Position numbers and translations under genes: made by a program
The notes under the pieces: model-generated
The model's database searches: none
Told to the model about the DNA's origin: nothing
The model's input: only the letters and a program-made list of their open reading frames with translations
Source: a virus
Virus record (IMG/VR): IMGVR_UViG_3300026518_000007
Location: 4,253 to 68,252 of that record
Length of the DNA: 64,000 nucleotides
Reading direction: 5' to 3' (one strand)
In this document: piece after piece, positions 1 to 7,739 of the stretch
Numbering within the stretch: position 1 is the stretch's first letter
How the letters are laid out: the number at the start of each line of letters is the position of its first letter

Positions 1-25
1 TGTTATTAAATAAGGATTTTTAAAA

Positions 26-643
26 ATGAGTAATAAATATAGTATAACGACATATAGAAATTTAATTAAAGAAGATATATATTTAAAAGGTATAATCGAT
101 ATAGGCTATAGTTTTAAATATAAAGGACCTGTATATGTATGGGCTAAATTAACTAAGAAAAAAATTAATAATAATAATATTAAAAAAAGACCTTGTTTCT
201 ATAGTGATAAAAGAATACCTAAACAGTATAGAAGTTATGTTAGCGATTATTTAAATAGTGGTTATGATAGAGGACATTTAATAAGTGATGCCTCTTTCGA
301 TAATAATAAAGAGAATTTAAAAGCAGTATATAAGTTAAGTAATATAGTACCACAGACACCATATCTTAATAGATATGTATGGAAAGGTATAGAACGTTAT
401 AGCAGATATGTCACTAATGTTTTAGGATATACCTATGTGATGAATATACTAATATATAAAGATGGTAAGATAGGTAATGGCATAGGCGTACCATACATCA
501 TGTTTAAGTTAATAATGAATAACAAACATAAGTTTTTAAAGGTATTTAGAGTTAGACAGGATAATATTACTAAAGGTTTAAAATATTACTTGTCCGATAT
601 AGATAGACTTAAAAAAGATATTAAAAAATATAACCAAGGATGA
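26..643 (+). CDS. DNA/RNA non-specific endonuclease (NucA/EndA, betabetaalpha-metal)
   Basis: SGYDRGHL, SNIVPQ and LNRYVW motifs; AAGGA RBS; no obvious signal peptide. Confidence 0.85.
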   Translation: MSNKYSITTYRNLIKEDIYLKGIIDIGYSFKYKGPVYVWAKLTKKKINNNNIKKRPCFYSDKRIPKQYRSYVSDYLNSGYDRGHLISDASFDNNKENLKAVYKLSNIVPQTPYLNRYVWKGIERYSRYVTNVLGYTYVMNILIYKDGKIGNGIGVPYIMFKLIMNNKHKFLKVFRVRQDNITKGLKYYLSDIDRLKKDIKKYNQG

Positions 644-647
644 AATA

Positions 648-860
648 ATGAAATGGATAGAGCTTACTAAAGAGAAATCTGATAATATCGAAAGATATGA
701 GAAAGGTATGGTGGTTGGTAATAACGTTATACTACATATAGAGACTAAATTTAGTACAGTACAGGGAATTAGTATAACTTCTACTACTACAGTTATACCC
801 GATGTTACTATAGTATTAAATAGTGGTAAATATAATATAATACCTAAAGAAGAGATATGA
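648..860 (+). CDS. hypothetical protein
   Basis: ORF tightly coupled to neighbours; AAGGA upstream. Confidence 0.6.
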   Translation: MKWIELTKEKSDNIERYEKGMVVGNNVILHIETKFSTVQGISITSTTTVIPDVTIVLNSGKYNIIPKEEI

Positions 861-1471
861 AAATATTATTCTTAGATGTAGATGGCGTACTTAACATCAT
901 GAGTAGTAGTTATTATACATATGCACACGGTATTAAACTAGAAGACCATCTCATACGTAGGTTAGAATTTATTTTTGAAAGAGTATCTAATTTATATATA
1001 GTTATAAGTAGTAGTTGGCGAACTGATGAGTTAATGTGTGAATTAGAAAAACATAATTTCAAATATTTAACAAAAATAATAGATAGAACATCTAGAGAAA
1101 AACAATATAGAGGCGAGCAGATATATGACTATATAGTTAATAATGACTTAATAGAAAATATGTGTATTTTAGAAGATGAACCGGATGATATTTGTGGGAC
1201 TAGATGTAATAAAATAGATAAAGAATTTGTTGTTAGAGTTAATATGGAGGTCGGGTTAAGTCATACTGATACTATTAAAGCTATACATATCCTAAATGAG
1301 ATAGATGATAATAGAGATGGGATGGATGTTAAGTATACTAATATAGGCTATGATACTTACATTAGTAAAGGATATAGACCACAAGTCATATATGACCCCA
1401 TTAAAGATAACGGTAAGTGGAAATATATGAGACTAGATAATAAGAATATGATTTTACACTTACATAACTAA
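857..1471 (+). CDS. HAD-superfamily hydrolase (RNA-repair-associated HAD_SAK_2-like)
   Basis: ILFLDVDGVLN motif I, IVISSSWR motif II, ILEDE motif IV. Confidence 0.8.
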   Translation: MKILFLDVDGVLNIMSSSYYTYAHGIKLEDHLIRRLEFIFERVSNLYIVISSSWRTDELMCELEKHNFKYLTKIIDRTSREKQYRGEQIYDYIVNNDLIENMCILEDEPDDICGTRCNKIDKEFVVRVNMEVGLSHTDTIKAIHILNEIDDNRDGMDVKYTNIGYDTYISKGYRPQVIYDPIKDNGKWKYMRLDNKNMILHLHN

Positions 1472-1492
1472 AATTAAATTAAGGAGTCTTTA

Positions 1493-1789
1493 ATGTGTAA
1501 TATAGAAACTGATATGAAAACATTAAAAGATAAGATTAAAACATACAATGGTGATAGTTTAATATATATTACTATTAATGAAGATTTTGAGGCTAATATA
1601 ATTTCTTTAGAGATATCCATAGGGTATTTAACATATGAACTTAAATGTAATAATGGTTATGAATATAATAATGGTACTAGTGAAAATTTGATTAAAGAGA
1701 TAACTAAACTTTTAAAAGAACAAAATATTAAATTTAAAAAGAAAAGAAATCTCATAACTACTAAAGAAGATGATATATTCATTTTTTAA
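1493..1789 (+). CDS. hypothetical protein
   Basis: AAGGAG RBS, in operon. Confidence 0.65.
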   Translation: MCNIETDMKTLKDKIKTYNGDSLIYITINEDFEANIISLEISIGYLTYELKCNNGYEYNNGTSENLIKEITKLLKEQNIKFKKKRNLITTKEDDIFIF

Positions 1790-1833
1790 TAATATGCATA
1801 TACTGAAAATATAATAAAAAAAGGAAATCTGAT

Positions 1834-2196
1834 ATGAGATACGTTAAAGATAAGGTAAATAAAATAGATGCTGTTATAGCTGATTTAAAAAATATTCAGG
1901 TATGGCATATTGAAAATGGTAAAGAGAAAAATCCTCTTATTAAATTTAATATAGAATACGCTTCTTCTTTAAGAGAGTATTTGTTAACAGGTACAGTTAA
2001 AAGTCACTTAGGTAGATTAGGCGGTACTTATAAGTTTAAAAATGATGTAGAGCGCTATTATCTAATAGAAGATAGTGATAAGCGAAGTGTTAGAAGTTTC
2101 GTTAGAAAGATGAACCATATTGCTTTTGATAATTTCAGAGATATGGACAGATTTAGAACATTGACAGTTAGAAGTATCGATACGTTTGATAAGTAG
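1834..2196 (+). CDS. hypothetical protein, possible WYL-like/SH3 fold
   Basis: AAAGGA RBS; C-terminal FDNFRDMDRFRTLTVRSI resembles the WYL D..wRsf...i pattern; followed by a terminator hairpin. Confidence 0.55.
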   Translation: MRYVKDKVNKIDAVIADLKNIQVWHIENGKEKNPLIKFNIEYASSLREYLLTGTVKSHLGRLGGTYKFKNDVERYYLIEDSDKRSVRSFVRKMNHIAFDNFRDMDRFRTLTVRSIDTFDK

Positions 2197-2234
2197 TTAG
2201 TAGCTAACGCTACTAACTATGCTTCTTCTTTTTT
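2194..2234 (+). terminator. hairpin terminator
   Basis: TAGTTAGTAGC-taac-GCTACTAACTA then tgcttcttc and a T-tract. Confidence 0.75.
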
Positions 2235-2239
2235 ACCAG

Positions 2240-2254
2240 TATATAGTTAATATG
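2240..2254 (+). promoter_or_regulatory. early-promoter-like motif (variant)
   Basis: TATATAGTTAATATG, near match to TATATTAYTAATATG. Confidence 0.4.
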
Positions 2255-2335
2255 TAATTATACTTAAGGAAGTTTTAATACATAGCGGAATTTAATTTCA
2301 TAGGTTTAACTTAATTGAAAATTTAATATAAGGAT

Positions 2336-2884
2336 ATGAATATGTGGGCCTACACTTTTAGTAAAATGAATGATGAGGATGAAGTTAAAGGGAGCTTAAG
2401 ATTACAGATACCTGATGTAAATTTCTTTTTACAATATATAGATAAAGCTAGTATCATGGATGTACTTACATTTAACGTATACGGTAAAAAGAGCGTAATA
2501 GAACTATATAATACTATAGTTAATAACGCTGAATCTAGACATGCGCAAATCGCTTTTAGACATGAACATGAGACTAAGCTCTTAAAAGATGATTTAAGAA
2601 AGCTTGAAGAGGAGTTAGAAAATTCTTTAGACTCGGTAAAAGCTGAAGAAGAAAAACGGGATGAGATGCGGGATATTGTTTTAAGCAAAGTAGATACTAT
2701 AGATGCCTTAACTGCTAAGTTAGAAGATGCTAATGAAATGATTAAAAAACTAACTGCTGAGAATTCCGAACTTAAAAAGAAGTTAAAAGATAATTCTAAA
2801 GTAGTTACTAAAAAAACTGTTAAAGTAAAACCCAGCAAGTTTAATACTACAACTGTACCGTCTAAGAGTACCGCTAAAATATAA
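2336..2884 (+). CDS. coiled-coil protein (N-terminal part of a possibly longer HTH protein)
   Basis: Heptad-rich E/K segment; AAGGA RBS; ends at a TAA followed in frame by an HTH. Confidence 0.75.
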   Translation: MNMWAYTFSKMNDEDEVKGSLRLQIPDVNFFLQYIDKASIMDVLTFNVYGKKSVIELYNTIVNNAESRHAQIAFRHEHETKLLKDDLRKLEEELENSLDSVKAEEEKRDEMRDIVLSKVDTIDALTAKLEDANEMIKKLTAENSELKKKLKDNSKVVTKKTVKVKPSKFNTTTVPSKSTAKI

Positions 2885-3061
2885 ACTAAAAAGATAGGTG
2901 TTAGAAAATTAAGTAATAGAGAAGTATTAGCTATACGTAAAGAATTAAATAAAGATAAGCTTAAACGTATGAGTAGAAAAGATTTAGCATCTAAATATAA
3001 AATATCACTAGGTACGCTATCTAGAATAGCTAATAGAGTTACCTATAAGAATGTTAAATAA
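2885..3061 (+). pseudogene. in-frame HTH domain after a single TAA (readthrough or nonsense-disrupted C-terminus)
   Basis: Same frame as 2336-2884: TKKIGVRKLSNREVLAIRKELNKDKLKRMSRKDLASKYKISLGTLSRIANRVTYKNVK*; no RBS or start of its own. Confidence 0.7.
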
Positions 3062-3084
3062 TTATTTCTAAATTATTTTATAGA

Positions 3085-3099
3085 TATATTATTAATATG
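3085..3099 (+). promoter_or_regulatory. phage early promoter motif
   Basis: TATATTATTAATATG; resembles the phiKZ early consensus TATATTAC. Confidence 0.65.
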
Positions 3100-3323
3100 A
3101 GATAATACATCTCCTAAGTTTAGATATACTTAGTAACGTGTTCCAATGCGTATTAAAAAATCTACCTCCTCAGTTATGTTTAACTGGATTTTGATACTAC
3201 CTCACTGTTATAGGAACTTATGCGACGGCTAAGTAACCTATAGCAACATGTACGACAAAGCATGTCGTATAATATTCTACCGATATATATTAAAATATAA
3301 ATATGTCGGTAGTTTTTTTTTTT
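3100..3323 (+). ncRNA. candidate small RNA with anti-SD motifs
   Basis: No ORF; bounded by the promoter motif and a hairpin plus 11 T; five hairpins; ACCTCCT at 3164-3170; CTACCTC twice. Confidence 0.5.
3277..3323 (+). terminator. intrinsic terminator
   Basis: CTACCGA...TCGGTAG stem followed by T11. Confidence 0.75.
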
Positions 3324-3324
3324 C

Positions 3325-3374
3325 TATATCTAAGGTATATCTACTTTGGTAGGTATACTTCAGATATTTTTTTT
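3325..3374 (+). terminator. second tandem hairpin plus T-tract
   Basis: ATATCT/AGATAT, GGTATA/TATACT and TCTAC/GTAGG stems then a T-run, just before the next RBS. Confidence 0.5.
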
Positions 3375-3391
3375 TAATAAGGACATGAGTT

Positions 3392-4177
3392 ATGGGAATT
3401 AACGTAAGTGTAACTGGAAGTAGGTCTATTAAAGACAGGGCTATGGTGTTTAAAATTTTGAATACTATTAATGATATGTATACTATATCTAAAATAATAC
3501 ATGGAGGAGCATCCGGAGTAGATACTATAGCTAATGAATATGGTATTAATAAGAATATACCTATTAAAATTATTAAACCTGATTGGGATACATATGGTAA
3601 AAGTGCAGGTATGATTAGGAATAATGATATAGTTAAAATAGGTGATTTAGTATTAGCTATATATGACGGTAGTAGTAAAGGAACGCTGAATGCTATAACT
3701 ACAGCTATTCGTATTAAGAAAAATATAATGACATTTGATAATGAAGGTAAACTTAATAATAAATATTGTAGGAATATAAGAGATTTAAATTACGAGTATG
3801 AATGGAAAAGAGTAGTTAAAAGAGGAGAACCTTATTTCGAGTGTAGTAGTAGAGGTAATAAACACTATAGCGCTTTATATGCTAAAATAGATAATAAATC
3901 TATAGAGGAGATATATCAGTTAGATATTAAAGGATATAGAGGTAAAGTTGACCATTGGACTAAAGCTAAAGGTAAACCTACGTTAAATGATAATGAAGAT
4001 ACACTATATGAAGAGTATATTAAACTATGGCAAACATATTTTAAAAAACATGATGATTTATATATGAATATATTAGAGAAAGCTAAAGGTAAAATTATAA
4101 CAGATATGTTCGGGGTTAGACCTATTAATCAAGCTAGGGCTATATGCGACTTATGTAATAATGGATACATATATTAG
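3392..4177 (+). CDS. SLOG (YspA/DprA-like) domain fused to a NADAR-like domain
   Basis: N-term VTGSR, IIHGGASGVD, GMIRN, GSSKGT (SLOG); C-term ECSSRGNKHYSALYA..IEEIYQ..KG..LWQ (NADAR-like, from memory). Confidence 0.7.
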   Translation: MGINVSVTGSRSIKDRAMVFKILNTINDMYTISKIIHGGASGVDTIANEYGINKNIPIKIIKPDWDTYGKSAGMIRNNDIVKIGDLVLAIYDGSSKGTLNAITTAIRIKKNIMTFDNEGKLNNKYCRNIRDLNYEYEWKRVVKRGEPYFECSSRGNKHYSALYAKIDNKSIEEIYQLDIKGYRGKVDHWTKAKGKPTLNDNEDTLYEEYIKLWQTYFKKHDDLYMNILEKAKGKIITDMFGVRPINQARAICDLCNNGYIY

Positions 4178-4210
4178 TATATTGAAAATATAATTTAAAT
4201 AGGAGATACA

Positions 4211-4396
4211 ATGACTAAAAAAGAGTACGATACGACCATAGCTCCTTTCATTAGGAATATTAGTTTAAGAAAATTTGACTTAGATGAAAATGGCATTCTG
4301 TCAGATACATTTTTCAATAACGGTACATTAAGTCCACTAATTATGAAAGAGCTTTTAATCATAACTAAAAATTATTACAAATCAAAAACTATGTAG
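4211..4396 (+). CDS. hypothetical protein
   Basis: AGGAG RBS; followed by a hairpin. Confidence 0.6.
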   Translation: MTKKEYDTTIAPFIRNISLRKFDLDENGILSDTFFNNGTLSPLIMKELLIITKNYYKSKTM

Positions 4397-4434
4397 TAGA
4401 TTAATTCTACTATATAGTAATATCTATTTTTTTT
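4394..4434 (+). terminator. hairpin terminator
   Basis: TAGTAGA-ttaat-TCTACTA; T-tract at 4427-4434. Confidence 0.6.
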
Positions 4435-4440
4435 CACATA

Positions 4441-4456
4441 TATATTATTAAAATAG
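4441..4456 (+). promoter_or_regulatory. early promoter motif (variant)
   Basis: TATATTATTAAAATAG directly after a terminator. Confidence 0.5.
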
Positions 4457-4498
4457 ATACTAAGGTAGTATCAATAATTCGCCAAGGAGGAAAAAATA

Positions 4499-4726
4499 AT
4501 GCGAAACAGATTTAGTGATAAAAGAAGTTACAATAGTAAGAAATTAATTGTATTCTTTTTATTGGAATTAATAGCAGTAGTGTTACTAGGAACTATACTA
4601 ATATATTTCGTACCTAAATGGTTATTAGTTATAATATGTATTACATTACTAATAAAACCATACGAACGTTTCATTATGAAGCTAGATGAAGCTAGAATTA
4701 AAGGAGATAGAAATGGCGTTATGTAA
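4499..4726 (+). CDS. small membrane protein (2 TM, holin-like topology)
   Basis: AAGGAGG RBS; basic N-term and two hydrophobic stretches. Confidence 0.65.
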   Translation: MRNRFSDKRSYNSKKLIVFFLLELIAVVLLGTILIYFVPKWLLVIICITLLIKPYERFIMKLDEARIKGDRNGVM

Positions 4727-4997
4727 GGCAGTTATTAAAATACTCTACTATCATGATGGTTTAGCATATTATGGAATTGACATAGTAGAAGGTATTTTAA
4801 AAGGTGATATGTCTAAGGAGTCCTACTATGTCACTAATAGTAAAAATAGGTTAAAAAGAATATTAAGTATGCGATACTTTAACGAAAACGTATATGAGGA
4901 ATTTGCATTCTTTACAGGTACGTCGTTAGGTATAGGGATAGATATTAAACGTAAGTTTAATATAGGTGATGAGATTTCATTCTTTAAACAAATATAA
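4713..4997 (+). CDS. hypothetical protein
   Basis: Start moved to ATG 4713 behind AAGGAG. Confidence 0.6.
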   Translation: MALCKAVIKILYYHDGLAYYGIDIVEGILKGDMSKESYYVTNSKNRLKRILSMRYFNENVYEEFAFFTGTSLGIGIDIKRKFNIGDEISFFKQI

Positions 4998-5107
4998 AAT
5001 GGAGGACTAAGAGTGTTAATAACATTAATAAAGGAATCTTTAGGAGATAAACCTAATAAAAAGATAGTAAGAAGTAAAGAGTACATTAAAATATTAGAGG
5101 AGAAAAA

Positions 5108-5197
5108 ATGAATGATGATATTATATACGCGTTAATACCAGCTATGTTATTGTTAGCCCTATTGTTACATTTCATTAAACTACCTGGTGGCGTTTAA
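5108..5197 (+). CDS. 29-aa hydrophobic peptide
   Basis: GAGGAG RBS; MNDDIIYALIPAMLLLALLLHFIKLPGGV; below the ORF-track cutoff. Confidence 0.5.
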   Translation: MNDDIIYALIPAMLLLALLLHFIKLPGGV

Positions 5198-5224
5198 CAT
5201 ATTCATATAGTTAAGAAAAAAATA

Positions 5225-5350
5225 ATGATGAATGTAGTTATAATATTACTATCTTACATATCTAGAATAGATGCTACTTTACTAGTATGTATTATAATAA
5301 TATTATTAAAGCTAATAAAAGAAAATACGTTAGTCCGAAGACAAATGTAA
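5225..5350 (+). CDS. 41-aa hydrophobic peptide
   Basis: MMNVVIILLSYISRIDATLLVCIIIILLKLIKENTLVRRQM; weak RBS. Confidence 0.35.
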   Translation: MMNVVIILLSYISRIDATLLVCIIIILLKLIKENTLVRRQM

Positions 5351-5370
5351 TACAAAAAAGGAAAATAAAA

Positions 5371-5955
5371 GTGAAAAAAGTAATATTATTTATATTAATG
5401 ATAAGTCCGTTATTCAGTAGTACTAATTATAACCTCATAAGACATAGTAAAACGTATATTAAAACTATTAATAATATAGAACATTTAGACTATAGACAAA
5501 GAGAATCATTGTTATATCTATATGAAAAATGTTATGAGTACGATTTAGCTAATACATGTGTAGCCATAGGTTATAAGGAATCTAGATTAGGTAAATATAT
5601 GTTTAATGACGTTACTGGTGATTATGGTCTTTTAGGAATAAATCTTAAAACATTCATGAATACTAATAACATTAAAAGAAGTTATTGGAAAGAGAGAGAG
5701 GTCGCTACTAGACTTATAACTGATAATGATTTTAATGTAAATGCATCCATAGCTAACCTAATGTTTTGGAAAAAACAGTATAAAAATAACTGGTTAAAAA
5801 TATGGGCTTCTTATAATGGAGGTTATAACCCTAACTACACATATGCTAAAGATATATTATTATACATTAAAGCATTTAAAGAGTTAATAAGAAATGATGA
5901 AGAACTCAGATATGAAGTTTTAAAAATAGAAAAAACATATACGCCGAAGCGTTAA
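5371..5955 (+). CDS. soluble lytic transglycosylase (SLT) with N-terminal signal peptide
   Basis: AIGYKES (catalytic Glu), GLLGIN and ASYNGG motifs; GTG start behind AAGGA gives signal-like MKKVILFILMISPLFS. Confidence 0.8.
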   Translation: MKKVILFILMISPLFSSTNYNLIRHSKTYIKTINNIEHLDYRQRESLLYLYEKCYEYDLANTCVAIGYKESRLGKYMFNDVTGDYGLLGINLKTFMNTNNIKRSYWKEREVATRLITDNDFNVNASIANLMFWKKQYKNNWLKIWASYNGGYNPNYTYAKDILLYIKAFKELIRNDEELRYEVLKIEKTYTPKR

Positions 5956-5982
5956 ATTATATTTTAAATAAGGAGAAACAAA

Positions 5983-6981
5983 ATGGAAAAAGTTATAAAT
6001 GTCTTAGGACACGAAATAAAAGTTAATGAGGTATTCGAACCAAGAATGATAGTAGGAGGAGCTAATAGTATAGAAAAGGCTTTACTGTGTAATGGACTAA
6101 TAAAAAATCTTACTAATTGTACTTATAGTATAAGTAATTTAATATTACTACAGGTAAAAAATGGAAAAGTTATAGTAGTAGAAAGACCAGATGAAAAAGT
6201 TAAGGATAAGATTCTTATAGTTAATCTTTTCACACAGGAAGGCGTTACGTTAACTAAAAGCGATATTATTGAAATTAAAGAAAGTATTGAAAAATACATT
6301 AACAATAATAACGTTATAAAAGTAAAGCTGCACTCTATAGATAGATATGATGAAATTGAAAATGTAGTAGTAACTGATAAAGCTAAGTCGGTAATCATAG
6401 GTGATTATACTCCTAAGTTATATGAAATTTGGAATAGGAAATCGTGTAATATAGATGATGATGAGTTTAAATCGTATATAGAAACATTTGAAAAAACGTT
6501 TAATAACTTAACATTAATAGAATTTGTTAAAGATGAAGTATATGCATTTGTTCCTAAGAGTAAATTTCTTAATGAAGATGTTAAGATAATTTTAAAAGTA
6601 GTAGACCCTCATATAACGTTAACTAAAGATAATAGATTAATCTATAATGGTAAGTATATAAAAATATATGAAGTTAAAAAAGCTTTAATAGAAAAAGCAG
6701 TTAATGTTTATAAACGCACTAAACCTAATATAGTTTTGACCTTTGTAGACGCGATTAGCCCTACTGATAAACTTAAAGCTAAATTATTAGAGTTATCTAA
6801 AGATGATGGTACCTATATAGTTACATTAAATAATGAAACTTATAATCTTAAAAATAGTAGACTATTTAGAAAAGGAAGACATGGTTTCTTAGTGGAAAGT
6901 TTAACTGCTAATATTTTAAGTGAGATAACTGAAATATCTGAAATTAAAACAATATGGAAATCTGATGAGTATAGATATTAA
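5983..6981 (+). CDS. hypothetical protein
   Basis: Long ORF; AAGGAG RBS. Confidence 0.75.
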   Translation: MEKVINVLGHEIKVNEVFEPRMIVGGANSIEKALLCNGLIKNLTNCTYSISNLILLQVKNGKVIVVERPDEKVKDKILIVNLFTQEGVTLTKSDIIEIKESIEKYINNNNVIKVKLHSIDRYDEIENVVVTDKAKSVIIGDYTPKLYEIWNRKSCNIDDDEFKSYIETFEKTFNNLTLIEFVKDEVYAFVPKSKFLNEDVKIILKVVDPHITLTKDNRLIYNGKYIKIYEVKKALIEKAVNVYKRTKPNIVLTFVDAISPTDKLKAKLLELSKDDGTYIVTLNNETYNLKNSRLFRKGRHGFLVESLTANILSEITEISEIKTIWKSDEYRY

Positions 6982-7144
6982 GAAAAGTCATGAAGGAATG
7001 TTTACTAAATGGTGTTTAGACCACGGGTTTAAAGGTGTTAATTGTTCATGTGTTAAAAAAGCATTACTTGTAGGCAATACTCTATTAAAGAAACAGGCTA
7101 ATTTCGCTAAGAATCTAGCATTGAAAGGTAAGTGTAATGACTGA
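6965..7144 (+). CDS. 59-aa basic Cys-containing protein
   Basis: MSIDIKKSHEGMFTKWCLDHGFKGVNCSCVKKALLVGNTLLKKQANFAKNLALKGKCND; resembles a phage IK..H.G.FT..C..GV...C...A.FA.N motif (from memory). Confidence 0.6.
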   Translation: MSIDIKKSHEGMFTKWCLDHGFKGVNCSCVKKALLVGNTLLKKQANFAKNLALKGKCND

Positions 7145-7186
7145 TAAAGATTTTTTAGATTTGTGGTGGCCTTTTAGTAAAGGTAT

Positions 7187-7468
7187 ATGATGGCTAGGGC
7201 TAAAGAGGGGGATACCCCATTTAAAAAGAAAATTTATAGTTTTATAGATTATCTAGTTAATGAAAAAGGTATAGCGTACGCTTCTATAGCTAGAGCTATA
7301 AATGCGCACGGTCATACCCATAGGATAAAACATAGAACTATAGGTAGTAAAATGTGTAATAATGTCATGAAGGCTTATAGTAATAATTACATTAATTGGT
7401 GTAATAAGAATAACTATGAAGTAGACTCTGAATTAACGGAGTATTTAGAAAAGTTATATGGAGGGTAG
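7187..7468 (+). CDS. hypothetical protein, possible HTH DNA-binding
   Basis: YLVNEKGIAYASIARAIN resembles an HTH. Confidence 0.55.
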   Translation: MMARAKEGDTPFKKKIYSFIDYLVNEKGIAYASIARAINAHGHTHRIKHRTIGSKMCNNVMKAYSNNYINWCNKNNYEVDSELTEYLEKLYGG

Positions 7469-7699
7469 TTGATGATAGAAACTGAAAAAGAAGAGATAGA
7501 TTTTTCTAAAATAGAAAATCTAAGAGAACTAATGTTTAATGTTCCACGTACTTATAATTTAGCTGATTATGAGGAGTACTATGTTAGGGTTATAATTAAG
7601 AAAGCATTAAGCTATGCTAACAAAGAAGATTGTATTAACTATCTAAATAATATCAGTCTTCTATATAAACGTAAATTGTTAAAAGTAATAGACATATAG
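7469..7699 (+). CDS. hypothetical protein
   Basis: GGAGGG RBS; ends in a palindrome. Confidence 0.6.
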   Translation: MMIETEKEEIDFSKIENLRELMFNVPRTYNLADYEEYYVRVIIKKALSYANKEDCINYLNNISLLYKRKLLKVIDI

Positions 7700-7739
7700 G
7701 TTAGCTTAAGCTAACCTATATGCTTACTCTTTTTTTTTT
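7693..7739. terminator. 30-bp perfect palindrome between convergent genes
   Basis: CATATAGGTTAGCTT/AAGCTAACCTATATG; T-tract at 7730-7739. Confidence 0.8.

Noticed and set aside
3100-3205. CCTCC motifs as Shine-Dalgarno sites for minus-strand ORFs
   Set aside because: No start codon at usable spacing downstream on the minus strand, and no ORF
5287-5370. Track starts at 5287 (also 4686, 16134, 31523, 58309, 58340)
   Set aside because: Downstream starts have properly spaced AAGG(A) RBSs and more plausible N-termini
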